From contig CAXSGP010000036.1 in NCBI GenBank assembly GCA_964236955.1, positions 1 through 42,602 of the forward strand: a stretch of 42,602 bases of DNA. Direction: 5' to 3'. Positions 7,358-17,375 of this stretch are shown piece after piece. The notes beneath the pieces were generated by a model. The model worked only from the letters and a program-made list of their open reading frames with translations, searched no databases and had not been told where the DNA came from. The position numbers and the translations under genes were made by a program. Within the stretch, counting starts at the first letter, position 1. Each line of letters begins with the position of its first letter. This DNA is from an uncultured Oligoflexus sp. Its GTDB lineage: Bacteria > Bdellovibrionota_B > Oligoflexia > Oligoflexales > Oligoflexaceae.

Positions 7358-10084
7358 ATGAAGTCCCTGCGCGTCCGACTAGTAATGGTTCTCCTGTTAA
7401 CTTTGGGAGCGCTTTACTACATTTCTCCCACTTTTATTTATTTTTCTTTGCCTAAGGACCAGCGCAACGATCAGGCGGTTCTCGACAAAGCGATCCCATC
7501 TTGGCTGCCGAAAAAGCACATTAAATTGGGACTCGATTTGCAGGGCGGTGTTCAGCTTGTCCTGGGCGTTGATACCGAAGTGGCCATCGATAACAAGCTA
7601 AGTCGTCTGGGCACAGAAATCTCCCGGGCCCTGAACGAGCCGAAAAAACAGATCACGGAAGCTTACGCCATTAAAGGTCAGCAGCTTTTACGGATAGTTT
7701 TGGAAGATGGCGTGGATGAGGCAGCTTTTCGCGAAGCCGTCCGTAAGGACCATCCCGAACTTGAAAGAGTGGCTGGTTCCGCCAAAACCCTGGACTTTAA
7801 ATTTGCTGAAGGTCAGGTCAAACGAATTCGGGATGCCTCGCTTGAGCAGGCGGAACGAGTCGTTCGAAGTCGTATCGATAAATGGGGGGTGTCCGAGCCT
7901 TCGATCAACCGTCGCGCCGACCGTTCTATCATGGTTCAATTGCCTGGTTTTAAAGATCCGGAACGCGCTCGTGAATTGCTAGGCCGTACGGCTCAGCTCA
8001 AATTCAAACTGCTCGATGAAGAGTTTAAGGGCTTCAGCGCTTTGACAGGCAAACTCCCACCGGGCGTCGTTTTAGAAACACGTGGGAATTCCGGAGCAAG
8101 CAGCATTTCAGGGGAGGATAAAGCCGCTATCATTGCAGCGACCAAAGCCTTGGTTCCAGAAGGACGGGAACTCCTCTTCGAAGAGACCAAGATCGCCGGC
8201 GGTGCCAAGACCCGTTTCACCGGTATGGTCGTCAAGGCTTCGACCGAACTGGCCGGCGAAGATGTTTTGGATGCCAACGTTTCCTATGATCCCAATTCCC
8301 TCGACAATAAACCTGTCGTTTCGATGAAATTTACGGCAATGGGCGGCAAACGTTTTGCCGATATCACCGGTGGCAACATCGGCAAGCGCATGGCCATCGT
8401 GCTCGATGAAGTTATCGTTTCCGATCCTGTCATTCAAGCCCGTATCGCCGGCGGCAGCGCTCAGATTTCCATGGGCGGTTCCAAGCCCCGTGGAGAAATC
8501 GACACCGAAGCGAACTCCCTGGCTTTGATTCTCCGGTCAGGAGCCCTTCCGGCTCCGATCACCGTTCTTGAAGAACGCCAGGTCGGTGCATCGCTTGGGC
8601 CGGAGCTAGCCAATCAAGGGGTCTTCTCGGTCCTCGTCGGTTTGGTCTTCGTTCTGCTTTTTATCCTATGGTACTACAAACGCCCGGGTCTTCTATCTTG
8701 TGTCGCTTTGATTTTGAACGCCATACTCCTGCTCGCCCTGATGGCAAGCTTTGGCTTCTCGCTCACCCTTCCTGGATTCGCCGGCTTTATCCTCACCCTC
8801 GGCATGGCTGTCGATGCGAACGTTTTGATCAACGAACGTATTCTTGACGAACTTGCCGAAGGCCGTCCGCCACTCAAAGCTCTCGAAAACGGATTTGGAC
8901 GCGTATTCTGGACCATTATCGACTCGAACGTAACCACCCTGATCGCCGCCTTCGTTCTCCTCGAAACCAGTTCGTCCGGTCCGGTTAAAGGTTTTGCAAT
9001 CTCCTTGATCCTCGGTCTGATCGTTTCCCTTTTCACTGCCCTCTCTGTGACACGTTGGCTTTTCAGCTGGGTGATCTCGCGCAGCAAATCCGATCAACAG
9101 GTAAAAGCCTGGCTGGGTTGGTCAAACGTCGAGAAAGCAGCCAATGCTTCTAAGCGCCGTTTCGACTTTATGAAGTACGGCAATATGGTTTCATCCATTG
9201 GGTTTGTTATAATTCTGGCGGTCATAGGCATGTCGGCCACGAAAGGCTTCAACTGGGCCGTCGATTTTGCTGGCGGTACCGAGATGGAAGTTCGCTTTGC
9301 TAAGCCTATTGAATCCAATATCCTTCGTGATGCGCTGCAAAAGGCGGGAGTGGAAGATCCAGGCCTGCAGTCGGTTGGAGAAGGTTCCAATCATTATCTG
9401 GTGCGCTTCGAAGGCAGTAATATTGTCGGCAGCGAAGGCAAAGCCAGTGAACAGGCCAACTCGATACGAGACAGCGTGATCAAATCCACGGCTGAGTATA
9501 GTCCTGATGTTCAAAGGGTTGAATACGTTGGACCGGCAATTGGCAAGGAATTGCGTAAGCAGGGTATCCTTTCCCTCCTTTGGGCGATTTTGGGTATTGC
9601 CCTCTACGTGGCTCTCCGCTTCGATATGCGATTTACTCCGGGGGCCCTCCTTAAGATGACCCAGGACGTGTTCTGTGTCCTGGCCTTCTATCTCTTCTTC
9701 CAGCGTTCCTTCGATTTGACAACGGTAGCGAGTCTTTTGACTATCGTCGGTTATTCGGTAAACGACGTCATCGTGATCTATGACCGTATTCGTGAGAACC
9801 TCCATGCACACCCGAATCGCACCCTGCGCGATAATATCAATATTGCATTGAATGAAACGCTGTCGCGTTCGATCAACACCTCGGTCGCCTCGATGGTTTC
9901 TCTTTTTGGTATCTTCTTCTTTGGTTCGGCGCAGATCTTAAACTTCGCCTTTGCTATGGTTGTCGGTATCATCTCAGCGACTATCACCTCGACCTTCCTC
10001 GCGACCTCTGCCGTGCTTTGGGCTGACAGGTTCCAGCAAAAACGCAAGGCCGCGGCGGTTCCAACACGAGCTATTGCCAAATGA
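7358..10084 (+). CDS. secDF: Fused protein translocase subunit SecDF
   Basis: AAGGAG then ATG 7358. SecD motifs LGLDLQGG, VQLPG, LRSGALPAP, GMAVDANVLINERI, IIDSNVTT. SecF motifs VDFAGGT, VGPAIGKEL, GYSVNDVIVIYDRIRE, TLSRSINT. Confidence 0.97.
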   Translation: MKSLRVRLVMVLLLTLGALYYISPTFIYFSLPKDQRNDQAVLDKAIPSWLPKKHIKLGLDLQGGVQLVLGVDTEVAIDNKLSRLGTEISRALNEPKKQITEAYAIKGQQLLRIVLEDGVDEAAFREAVRKDHPELERVAGSAKTLDFKFAEGQVKRIRDASLEQAERVVRSRIDKWGVSEPSINRRADRSIMVQLPGFKDPERARELLGRTAQLKFKLLDEEFKGFSALTGKLPPGVVLETRGNSGASSISGEDKAAIIAATKALVPEGRELLFEETKIAGGAKTRFTGMVVKASTELAGEDVLDANVSYDPNSLDNKPVVSMKFTAMGGKRFADITGGNIGKRMAIVLDEVIVSDPVIQARIAGGSAQISMGGSKPRGEIDTEANSLALILRSGALPAPITVLEERQVGASLGPELANQGVFSVLVGLVFVLLFILWYYKRPGLLSCVALILNAILLLALMASFGFSLTLPGFAGFILTLGMAVDANVLINERILDELAEGRPPLKALENGFGRVFWTIIDSNVTTLIAAFVLLETSSSGPVKGFAISLILGLIVSLFTALSVTRWLFSWVISRSKSDQQVKAWLGWSNVEKAANASKRRFDFMKYGNMVSSIGFVIILAVIGMSATKGFNWAVDFAGGTEMEVRFAKPIESNILRDALQKAGVEDPGLQSVGEGSNHYLVRFEGSNIVGSEGKASEQANSIRDSVIKSTAEYSPDVQRVEYVGPAIGKELRKQGILSLLWAILGIALYVALRFDMRFTPGALLKMTQDVFCVLAFYLFFQRSFDLTTVASLLTIVGYSVNDVIVIYDRIRENLHAHPNRTLRDNINIALNETLSRSINTSVASMVSLFGIFFFGSAQILNFAFAMVVGIISATITSTFLATSAVLWADRFQQKRKAAAVPTRAIAK

Positions 10085-10154
10085 TCCTGACCAGCCTCCG
10101 CTGTGCCGCAGCGGAGCCTTAGCCGCAAGTTTTTTGAGGCGATAGCAGGCAAGA

Positions 10155-10199
10155 CATAAAAGAGCCCACTGTTTCCTGGAAACAGTGGGCTCTTTTATG
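10155..10199. terminator. Bidirectional terminator after secDF
   Basis: Perfect 21-bp inverted repeat CATAAAAGAGCCCACTGTTTC / GAAACAGTGGGCTCTTTTATG with a 3-nt loop, between convergent genes. Confidence 0.85.
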
Positions 10200-10223
10200 A
10201 ATGTCAGCCAAGCGACACGATTT

Positions 10224-10595
10224 TTAAAGCAGTTCCATATCCGTAATGGAGTTACCCGAGAGCACGTCAGAATATTGGAAATCCTTGGTTGGAATCACAT
10301 CGTTCTTGCGGGACGTCGATTTGAAGGTTTCCTGATAAACCGCGCAGTCGATATAGTCAAATACCGAAGGGAAGGGATGGCAGATGCATTCCATCGCTGG
10401 TTCCTCCTCTTCCTTTTTGGTCACTTTTTTCGCGCCCTTGCGAGGCGGCTTGCCTTTGATGACTTCTTCGGGGAGGATTTCGGGAGCCAAGAACTTTTTC
10501 ATAATGAGGCCGCACATGCTCCTAAACTCTATCTTCTGAGTTTCAGCATCGACCTGACCGTGACGAACCAGATGCGGACAACGTTTGCAAAGCAT
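10224..10595 (-). CDS. Small Cys-rich hypothetical protein, putative metal binder
   Basis: Within ORF 10224..10658. ATG 10595 preceded by GGAAAGGT. Motifs MLCKRCPH, SMCG, ECICHPF, IDC. Ends just before the bidirectional terminator. Confidence 0.65.
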   Translation of the reverse strand: MLCKRCPHLVRHGQVDAETQKIEFRSMCGLIMKKFLAPEILPEEVIKGKPPRKGAKKVTKKEEEEPAMECICHPFPSVFDYIDCAVYQETFKSTSRKNDVIPTKDFQYSDVLSGNSITDMELL

Positions 10596-10996
10596 CGAGG
10601 TTACCTTTCCTGGTATGCAGGCGACGAGAGACAATAACGCTACATTTAGGCATGACAAAGCCTGCTGCAGAGCGATCTTCGCTGTCGACCAATATATTTT
10701 CTTGGAGTTAACGACATACTAGTTCAAGGTTTCGGGCTGCGCAAGGCGAAAATATTTGTTATTTATGGGAAAATTGTCTTAGGATCGCTTAGAAAAAGCC
10801 TGTCTTTGGCAAGAGTATCATGTCCTTATGTCTTGCTTTGGAAGCGACATTTTTGAGAGTTCCGGATAGCCTTTCCAAGGCTATGGACAAGCCCGCAGGC
10901 GCGCTGGTAAAGACACCCAGGCTCCTTTTTGCGGCAATTAAAAAAATTCTTTTCTATTCCATTCGTCATCTGCAAATTTTGTAAGTGAGTGGGCTC

Positions 10997-12376
10997 ATGG
11001 GATCAAGCTTGGATTTTGAAAAACTTTTCGCCAAACGAGCGAGCCATATCAAGCCTGGTCTGGAGCGGATCAGGCGGAGCTACGAGTATTTGCAAAAACC
11101 TGCCTCGACTCTTCCAGGAGTATTGGTGGGCGGCACCAATGGTAAGGGCAGTACCAGCGGATTCATCTGGGCGCTGATGGCACTGAGCCACCAACCAATC
11201 GCACTTTACAGCTCGCCTCATCTTGTTGAGTTTTCGGAACGTTTTCAGATTTCCGGCTTAGAGATAGATGACCCTATGCTGGATACAGCGCTTCACACGC
11301 TTAAAAATGAACTTCCGGATAAACTCTACGACGAACTTTCGTTTTTTGAAATTGCTACCCTTCTGGCCTTTCGTCTCTTCGAGGAGCATCGCGCGGCCTT
11401 TCAGGTGCTTGAAGTCGGATTGGGCGGTCGCTGGGACGCGAGTAATATTTCCGATCCCATCGCTTCGATCGTTGTCAGCATCTCTCGTGATCATAAAGAA
11501 TTTCTGGGTGATGATTTGCTGGGGATACTCAGTGAAAAATTTGCGATTGGGAGACCGGGCCGACCCTTATTCTGGGGTGCCCAGGGTGAAGTGATGCACG
11601 AAGCGATGCTGGGAAAGTTTATTGACAATCAAATCAATGCTTCAGGTGCCGTGCTTTATACAAGGGGAAAAGATTTTTTTGCCGCAGATGAGGGGCTTGG
11701 CATCCGATTGCCGGGTCTTAAGCCTTTAGATTTGCCGTGGCTCGGCATCACCAGGGCGATGCCAGGCTATTTGCGCAGCAATCTGTCGTTGTCGGCAGCT
11801 TTTTATCACTGGTATGCTTCGCAGTCCTCGGCAGGGGCTTGGCCTGCCTTATCATCGATTTGGCCCGAGTTCTGTAAGGGTTCACTCAAGGCACCCATTA
11901 CGTTGGCAGGGCGTGCTCAAAGAGTGTTGAGCCGTAGCGACGAAAGCCGGAAATTTCTTATTGACGTCTGCCATAATCCCGATGGAGCCCGGGCCTTTGC
12001 CTCAGCGGTACGGGAACTCTTTCCTCAGCAATCCTTGCCCGGATACGTGTCTATTCTTAAAGATAAGGACTACGATACTATTTTGGATATCTTGCGTTCT
12101 GTCCTGCATCCTGTCATCCTCTTTGCAATTGAAAGCGAGCGATCCTGGGACCTGGCAAGTCTGGCAATCCGACATCGTGATCTACCCTTTTTTGCAAGCC
12201 TGGACGAGGCGTGGCAATCATCGGCTCAAGCGACTTCATCGTCGACTGAGCCTTGGGCAATTTGTGGTTCTGTCGCTGCTGTCGGCTATGCGCTGAAACG
12301 GATGAAGGTATCACCAAAGGAATTGAGTCTTGCGAGCATTATTAGCGGCGACTGGTCTCCTTATATTCATCCCTAG
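10997..12376 (+). CDS. folC: Folylpolyglutamate synthase / dihydrofolate synthase
   Basis: PGLERI, GTNGKGS P-loop, YSSPHL, EVGLGGRWDASN, ISRDH, DVCHNPDG. The start could also be GTG 10985. Confidence 0.93.
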   Translation: MGSSLDFEKLFAKRASHIKPGLERIRRSYEYLQKPASTLPGVLVGGTNGKGSTSGFIWALMALSHQPIALYSSPHLVEFSERFQISGLEIDDPMLDTALHTLKNELPDKLYDELSFFEIATLLAFRLFEEHRAAFQVLEVGLGGRWDASNISDPIASIVVSISRDHKEFLGDDLLGILSEKFAIGRPGRPLFWGAQGEVMHEAMLGKFIDNQINASGAVLYTRGKDFFAADEGLGIRLPGLKPLDLPWLGITRAMPGYLRSNLSLSAAFYHWYASQSSAGAWPALSSIWPEFCKGSLKAPITLAGRAQRVLSRSDESRKFLIDVCHNPDGARAFASAVRELFPQQSLPGYVSILKDKDYDTILDILRSVLHPVILFAIESERSWDLASLAIRHRDLPFFASLDEAWQSSAQATSSSTEPWAICGSVAAVGYALKRMKVSPKELSLASIISGDWSPYIHP

Positions 12377-15300
12377 TTCGGGCCTTCTCCTTGCCCAGAA
12401 CCAGCCGACAGTTCCTCAGGCACCAGCGACGCCTGAAGAAGCTGCGGCGATACGTGGTGCGGTCGATAAAAAGAAGACCGATATCGACTCCGCAGATCTC
12501 AAGGCCGCGGAACCAAGCCTGCTCGGCGTTCCCACTGCGGGTGTGCCCGTGGTCGAACCAAAAGTTCCTGTCCCCATCGAATTCCCGGTTCCAGAAGATG
12601 TCGAGGACGCGTCCTCGAGCGCGCTGAAGTTAGGCGAGCAGGCCTCGGTCCTTTATGATGCGCGGACGATAGGCTTCGACAAAACGGGCAGTCACTACAA
12701 TTTTTCCGGAGACGTCGTTCTCATCGGTGCGGGTTATGTCATCACTGCCGATGAAATTGATGTTGCCTATCTCAGCCGGGAGCTTTCGGCCAAAGGCCAT
12801 GTTCTCATCATCCATCAAAATCAAGTGTTTTCAGGGGAAAAAATTCACTTAAAGTGGGATAGCGGCGATTTCGTTATCGATAAGGCTCTGTTGGTGGCGA
12901 GCGATCCAGCTAAGATCCGCGAGGTGAGCCAGAGTATTTTAGGTCTGACCCCAGCCGAACTTGAGTATGAGGCGGCGAAAAAAAGCCGGCTCGCGGATCT
13001 CGAAAAAGAGCGCGATGAGCTGCGTGAGAATTTCCGAAAATCGCCTGAGATCCAGCCTGGTCCTGAGGTCGTCAGTCGCTATGCGAGACTTCTGGAGCAG
13101 GATATCGTCACTGAGAAATCACTGGCGCCCTCGTTAGCCCAGCAGGATCAGGAACGTCGCAAACGATTTGAGCGTCGCCGTATCTTTTGGGAGAAGGGCC
13201 GTGCCGATGCCGCGAAGAATGGCATTCCCAATACCCTGTATTTCCGCCTCGAGGGGAAAAGTCTCGAGCGGAAAGATGGCAATACCTATACAGCCCGCGA
13301 TGCATTTTTTACTCCCTGTATCTGTGCCGATGATGAAAGTCCGGCCTGGGGCTTTCAGGCGGATGAAATCGTCGCGCAGCAGGAGGGTTATATCAACCTC
13401 AAGCATCCCATCCTCACGATCAAGGGCCTGCCGCTTATCTATTTGCCCTATCTGAAGCTGCCTTTAAAGGTGAAACGACAATCCGGCTTTCTCATGCCAA
13501 GTTTTCAAAGTGGACAGGTGAAGAATGGTTTTGTCTATTCCCAGCCTGTGTTTTTTGAGTTCAGCCCAAAAGCCGATGCGACACTGACCACCGATCTTTT
13601 TCAAAAACGCGGCACCCGCTTGGGTCTTGAAGCGCGTTATGAAGCGAGAAGTGCCACTGGATTTCGTTACCAAGTGGAAAAAATAAGAGATCGGTCATGG
13701 CTAGGCCTGGAGAGTTATCGTCGGGACCTGATCGATAATTTCATCAATACCAATCCTGCTTGTCTTCAGCCCGACCCTATCGATAGACAAATCTGCGAGG
13801 AAGACCTCAAAGAAAAACTGTCGCCGCCTTCCAATACCTGGCGCGGGAAGCAGGAGTGGTCCGGTCGCTACTCAGTGGCGCCGCGACTGTCTTTAGTGAG
13901 CGCCGGCAAAGTAGTTTCTGATCACCGCTATCTTGAAGACCTCTATCTTCCCGAGGAAGTGGTGACCGCTTTTGCTCCCAAGGCAAGCGCCAACGCGTTT
14001 TCCACCGCCAAGGGTAAAGCCAATTTCGATGGCAAGGATTTTTTTATTGGCCTCAAGGGTTCCTATGGTGATAATTCTCTCCTTACTCGTCAGTATGCCG
14101 GCCAGCAGATGCCTTCGGCAGTCGATTTTCAAAGTCGGTATTTCCGTATTTTTCCCGCCTCGTGGTGGGATACACCGACCTATGGCGAGATCAGGATGTC
14201 GAGCATAAGCATCGACGATAAAGGCCTACCGAAATCGAACGGGCCGATCCGGGATCCCAGTCTGGGATCGGGGCATTGGAATCGAGTCGCGGTCAATCTC
14301 GTGACGCCACTGGCAACATCGGGCGCGCTTAAGATCGATCATTTTGCGGAAGGTGAAGTTCGGTATGTCGAGCATTCCAATCTTTCTATCAAAACGAGCA
14401 CCATTCGGTCGTGGAAGACCGGCCTCAACCTGAACCTTCCGATCGATGGAACCGGCAAGTTGCCAGGATTTCTTCAGCCCAAGGATATCGAAGGGGCCCG
14501 CTACGGGCAGCACATTATGAACTGGGGATTGACCTTTTCCGAGCGTCCGCTGGTGGTGCGCGATGGTCCTTACGGAGATCTGAAGGATAGCCGGGGGGCG
14601 CCGCTCGTCTATTTCCCGAGCGATCGAAATCGTCTCTTTAGTGAAGATCAGGACATTCGTGACGAGGACACGATGGTCAAGCACGAAAGGATAACCCTTA
14701 GCACCAGCCATCGCTGGCGATTCTTCGATAGGGTCGACCAGGCTTTACCGATGAGTCGGGATAAGGTGGACGTCTATGATTCCGAATTGGATAACCTTCA
14801 GGAGCAAGCGCGGCGCGACCTGATGAGTGTGAAGGATAAGGCTGTCAAGTCAGTGGAAGAAATCTACCGCGAGGACAAGACGGGTCGTGTTGACTGGCTT
14901 GTCCGGCGCTACCAAACGGCGGAGCAAAATGGAATCGAACCGATCAACTTTTCAGCACAGATTTCCTACGATGCTGAGCAGGAGCGTTTAAGGGTCAAAC
15001 AAATTGAAGAAAATAATAGTCTAGAAGTCCTGGCGGCTGGGAATCCCGATCCCGCTCAGGCCGCCGACATTAGGTCAAAGAAGACCAGCTACTATAGCCT
15101 TTATGAGTCCTGGATTGGGCCCTCGGGGACCTTAGGGCTTAACTACCGAGGTTTTTCGCTTGATAGTTCGGCTTTCTACAATATTTATAAAAGGACTAGC
15201 ACTTCACTTGGTTTTGCGCTAGGACTACCCACTTTCTATTCGACGCAGTTTGGACTGCGCTATGTCTTGGAGAAGAGCCCTGAACTTGATCCCAGTACGG

Positions 15301-15635
15301 ATACGCTGCTTTTCAAGCGCACAAGAACGACGACGGTCGGACTCGCAACGCAGCTCATTCCCCTGATCACCGTCGGTGCGAACTTGATTCGCAAACAGGT
15401 GGAAAATCAGGATATGCAGTACGGCACATCTTATCAAGTCGGCTTTGACGACCGATCGGGATGTTGGGGCCTGAGGTTTCTAAGGGAAAAGAATCTCAAT
15501 CAACTGGAAGAAGATGCTAACTACATTTTGCAGTTGGCCGTAATCTTCCTGGGTAATCGTCGTAACGCTGATATATCGCCAGGGCTGGAACGTGAGATCC
15601 GAGGCGATGACGCTATGAATCGTAATCGTAATTAG
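12330..15635 (+). CDS. lptD: LPS-assembly protein LptD (long form with insertions)
   Basis: Signal peptide, jellyroll-like N-domain (ITADEI, AKGHV), FTPC...PAWGFQA, PLIYLPYL, RQSGFLMP, DATLTTDL..KRG, VSDHRYLED, C-terminal GCWG. TTG start overlaps folC; the exact start is uncertain. Confidence 0.88.
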   Translation: MRALLAATGLLIFIPSSGLLLAQNQPTVPQAPATPEEAAAIRGAVDKKKTDIDSADLKAAEPSLLGVPTAGVPVVEPKVPVPIEFPVPEDVEDASSSALKLGEQASVLYDARTIGFDKTGSHYNFSGDVVLIGAGYVITADEIDVAYLSRELSAKGHVLIIHQNQVFSGEKIHLKWDSGDFVIDKALLVASDPAKIREVSQSILGLTPAELEYEAAKKSRLADLEKERDELRENFRKSPEIQPGPEVVSRYARLLEQDIVTEKSLAPSLAQQDQERRKRFERRRIFWEKGRADAAKNGIPNTLYFRLEGKSLERKDGNTYTARDAFFTPCICADDESPAWGFQADEIVAQQEGYINLKHPILTIKGLPLIYLPYLKLPLKVKRQSGFLMPSFQSGQVKNGFVYSQPVFFEFSPKADATLTTDLFQKRGTRLGLEARYEARSATGFRYQVEKIRDRSWLGLESYRRDLIDNFINTNPACLQPDPIDRQICEEDLKEKLSPPSNTWRGKQEWSGRYSVAPRLSLVSAGKVVSDHRYLEDLYLPEEVVTAFAPKASANAFSTAKGKANFDGKDFFIGLKGSYGDNSLLTRQYAGQQMPSAVDFQSRYFRIFPASWWDTPTYGEIRMSSISIDDKGLPKSNGPIRDPSLGSGHWNRVAVNLVTPLATSGALKIDHFAEGEVRYVEHSNLSIKTSTIRSWKTGLNLNLPIDGTGKLPGFLQPKDIEGARYGQHIMNWGLTFSERPLVVRDGPYGDLKDSRGAPLVYFPSDRNRLFSEDQDIRDEDTMVKHERITLSTSHRWRFFDRVDQALPMSRDKVDVYDSELDNLQEQARRDLMSVKDKAVKSVEEIYREDKTGRVDWLVRRYQTAEQNGIEPINFSAQISYDAEQERLRVKQIEENNSLEVLAAGNPDPAQAADIRSKKTSYYSLYESWIGPSGTLGLNYRGFSLDSSAFYNIYKRTSTSLGFALGLPTFYSTQFGLRYVLEKSPELDPSTDTLLFKRTRTTTVGLATQLIPLITVGANLIRKQVENQDMQYGTSYQVGFDDRSGCWGLRFLREKNLNQLEEDANYILQLAVIFLGNRRNADISPGLEREIRGDDAMNRNRN

Positions 15636-15652
15636 AAAGCTTGGAGGACGCG

Positions 15653-16423
15653 ATGAAACGTTTAGTTCCCTTCGAAGGCCCGATGAAACTCGAGGGCTTC
15701 AATAACCTGACCAAAGCGTTGAGCTTCAATCTCTATGATTTTTGCGTCGCACGCAACGAAGCCGAACGGGATTCCTATGTGAAATACATTCACGATAAGT
15801 TTAGCGCCAAGCGTGTGACAGAGATCCTAACCGGAATCTGCGACATCATCGAAGCCAATGTCCTTGCCGTCTCCGACCAGGATTATGATCCCTGGGGTGC
15901 GTCCTCGCTGGTTCTGATGAGCGATATTAAAGGCAGCGGCGTCGGTGACGTCAAGATGCATCTTGATAAGAGTCATATCTGTGCTCACACTTATCCGGAC
16001 TTCCGCGCTGACGGTCAGGTCTGTTCGTTCCGTATCGATATCGATATCGCGACCTGTGGGGAGATTTCGCCGCTACGCGCCCTCAATTATATGTTTGATG
16101 CCTGTGAGTCGGATGTGGTTATCGCTGACTATGTCGTCCGTGGCTACACTCGCGACAGTCAAGGGCGACGCGTGTTCATGGATCATGAATTGCGGAGCAT
16201 CCAGGAATACATCGATCCTAAGATTGTCGAGCAGTATCACTGCATCGACCTCGCGCTTCAGTCGGAAAACATCTGGCAGACGAAGATGATGCGGACCAAG
16301 ATGGATGAAAGCTCTTACTTTGTCGGGGAAAGTGTTGTCGATCTGCAATCGGCAGAGACTCGTAAATACCTCGAAATGGTAAGGAACGAGATGCGTGGAC
16401 TGGTCTATCAGTGGCCTGAATAG
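15653..16423 (+). CDS. speD: S-adenosylmethionine decarboxylase proenzyme (E. coli-type)
   Basis: GGAGG RBS. GFNNLTKALSF, DQDYDPWGAS, HLDK/SHICAHTYP self-cleavage site, TCGEISPLRALNY, DYVVRGYTRD. Confidence 0.93.
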   Translation: MKRLVPFEGPMKLEGFNNLTKALSFNLYDFCVARNEAERDSYVKYIHDKFSAKRVTEILTGICDIIEANVLAVSDQDYDPWGASSLVLMSDIKGSGVGDVKMHLDKSHICAHTYPDFRADGQVCSFRIDIDIATCGEISPLRALNYMFDACESDVVIADYVVRGYTRDSQGRRVFMDHELRSIQEYIDPKIVEQYHCIDLALQSENIWQTKMMRTKMDESSYFVGESVVDLQSAETRKYLEMVRNEMRGLVYQWPE

Positions 16424-16449
16424 TTTTTTATTCGAATCAAATGCAGCCC

Positions 16450-16484
16450 AAAGCCGTCGATCCCAATAGATCGGCGGCTTTTTT
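16450..16484 (+). terminator. Rho-independent terminator after speD
   Basis: AAAGCCGTCGATC-CCAATA-GATCGGCGGCTTT followed by further T. Confidence 0.85.
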
Positions 16485-16490
16485 GCAGAT

Positions 16491-17375
16491 TTAAGGGCTC
16501 ACGGCGTTTGCAGCGCTCTCCAGATTGGAAAAAATCAGGATCGGACTCAATACCTTTTTGTCTTTATCCGCGAATTGATAGTAGAGATTGAGTTGGCTCA
16601 GACTTTCAGTGGGCAGACTGATGGGCTTTGAAAGATTGAGCCATGAGCCATCGAGTTCGGCTGGGGTGGTAAAGGGTACCGAGGCTATTCTGATATAGGC
16701 CGCGGTTTGGGTGCTGTCGAGGAACACCGGAACCGTGGTCCCAGTGCGCAAGGCCTGAGAGGGAAAGCTTATATGGCCGATGGGCTCCAGCCTTTTATAG
16801 AGATGAAAATTTCTTGTCTCGGTCGCATCGTTGATTTGCCAAAGCGCTTTGGTTTGAACAAAATCTTCTTTGTGAATCAAGACCGGAAGCTCGATACGAC
16901 TTGGCGCAAAAACTGTATATTTTCCCTCGGCATCCGTTTGCGTCGTCCTGCGGCCGACGGTTATCTCGGCAAAAGGGACCGGTGTCGGCACTCCGTTGTT
17001 GAGAGTAAGGACGCTCCCATTCATCTTGATCTCGGCGGTAAGTACGATGGGGTCAAGATTTTTTTCACCGATTTCAAAATTCATAATTTCATTGGAGGCC
17101 GCCGCTTCACCCTGATTGGAATAGAAGTAGAGCCGTCGATCGCTGGATTCTTCGATCATCGCCCGCGGAATTTCAATGCGAAAGGTCCCCTGACTTATGG
17201 TCTTTGCGAGCGGAGCCTTTTCCTGCCCGAAGTAGATTTCGGTCGCTCCCTTGGTCCCGGAAAAACTCCCTACGAAGGTAACGTTCGTCGATTGACTTTG
17301 TAAATCAGCCTTATGCACAGGTATGCAGGCGGTCAGCGAAGCCAATATCATAAGCTTGCAGGTAAAATATGTCAT
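16491..17375 (-). CDS. Hypothetical lipoprotein with carboxypeptidase-regulatory-like (prealbumin-fold) domain
   Basis: ATG 17375 after GAGG, lipobox LTAC, motif GSV...PVPFAEITV...TQTDAEGKYTV. Confidence 0.7.
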   Translation of the reverse strand: MTYFTCKLMILASLTACIPVHKADLQSQSTNVTFVGSFSGTKGATEIYFGQEKAPLAKTISQGTFRIEIPRAMIEESSDRRLYFYSNQGEAAASNEIMNFEIGEKNLDPIVLTAEIKMNGSVLTLNNGVPTPVPFAEITVGRRTTQTDAEGKYTVFAPSRIELPVLIHKEDFVQTKALWQINDATETRNFHLYKRLEPIGHISFPSQALRTGTTVPVFLDSTQTAAYIRIASVPFTTPAELDGSWLNLSKPISLPTESLSQLNLYYQFADKDKKVLSPILIFSNLESAANAVSP

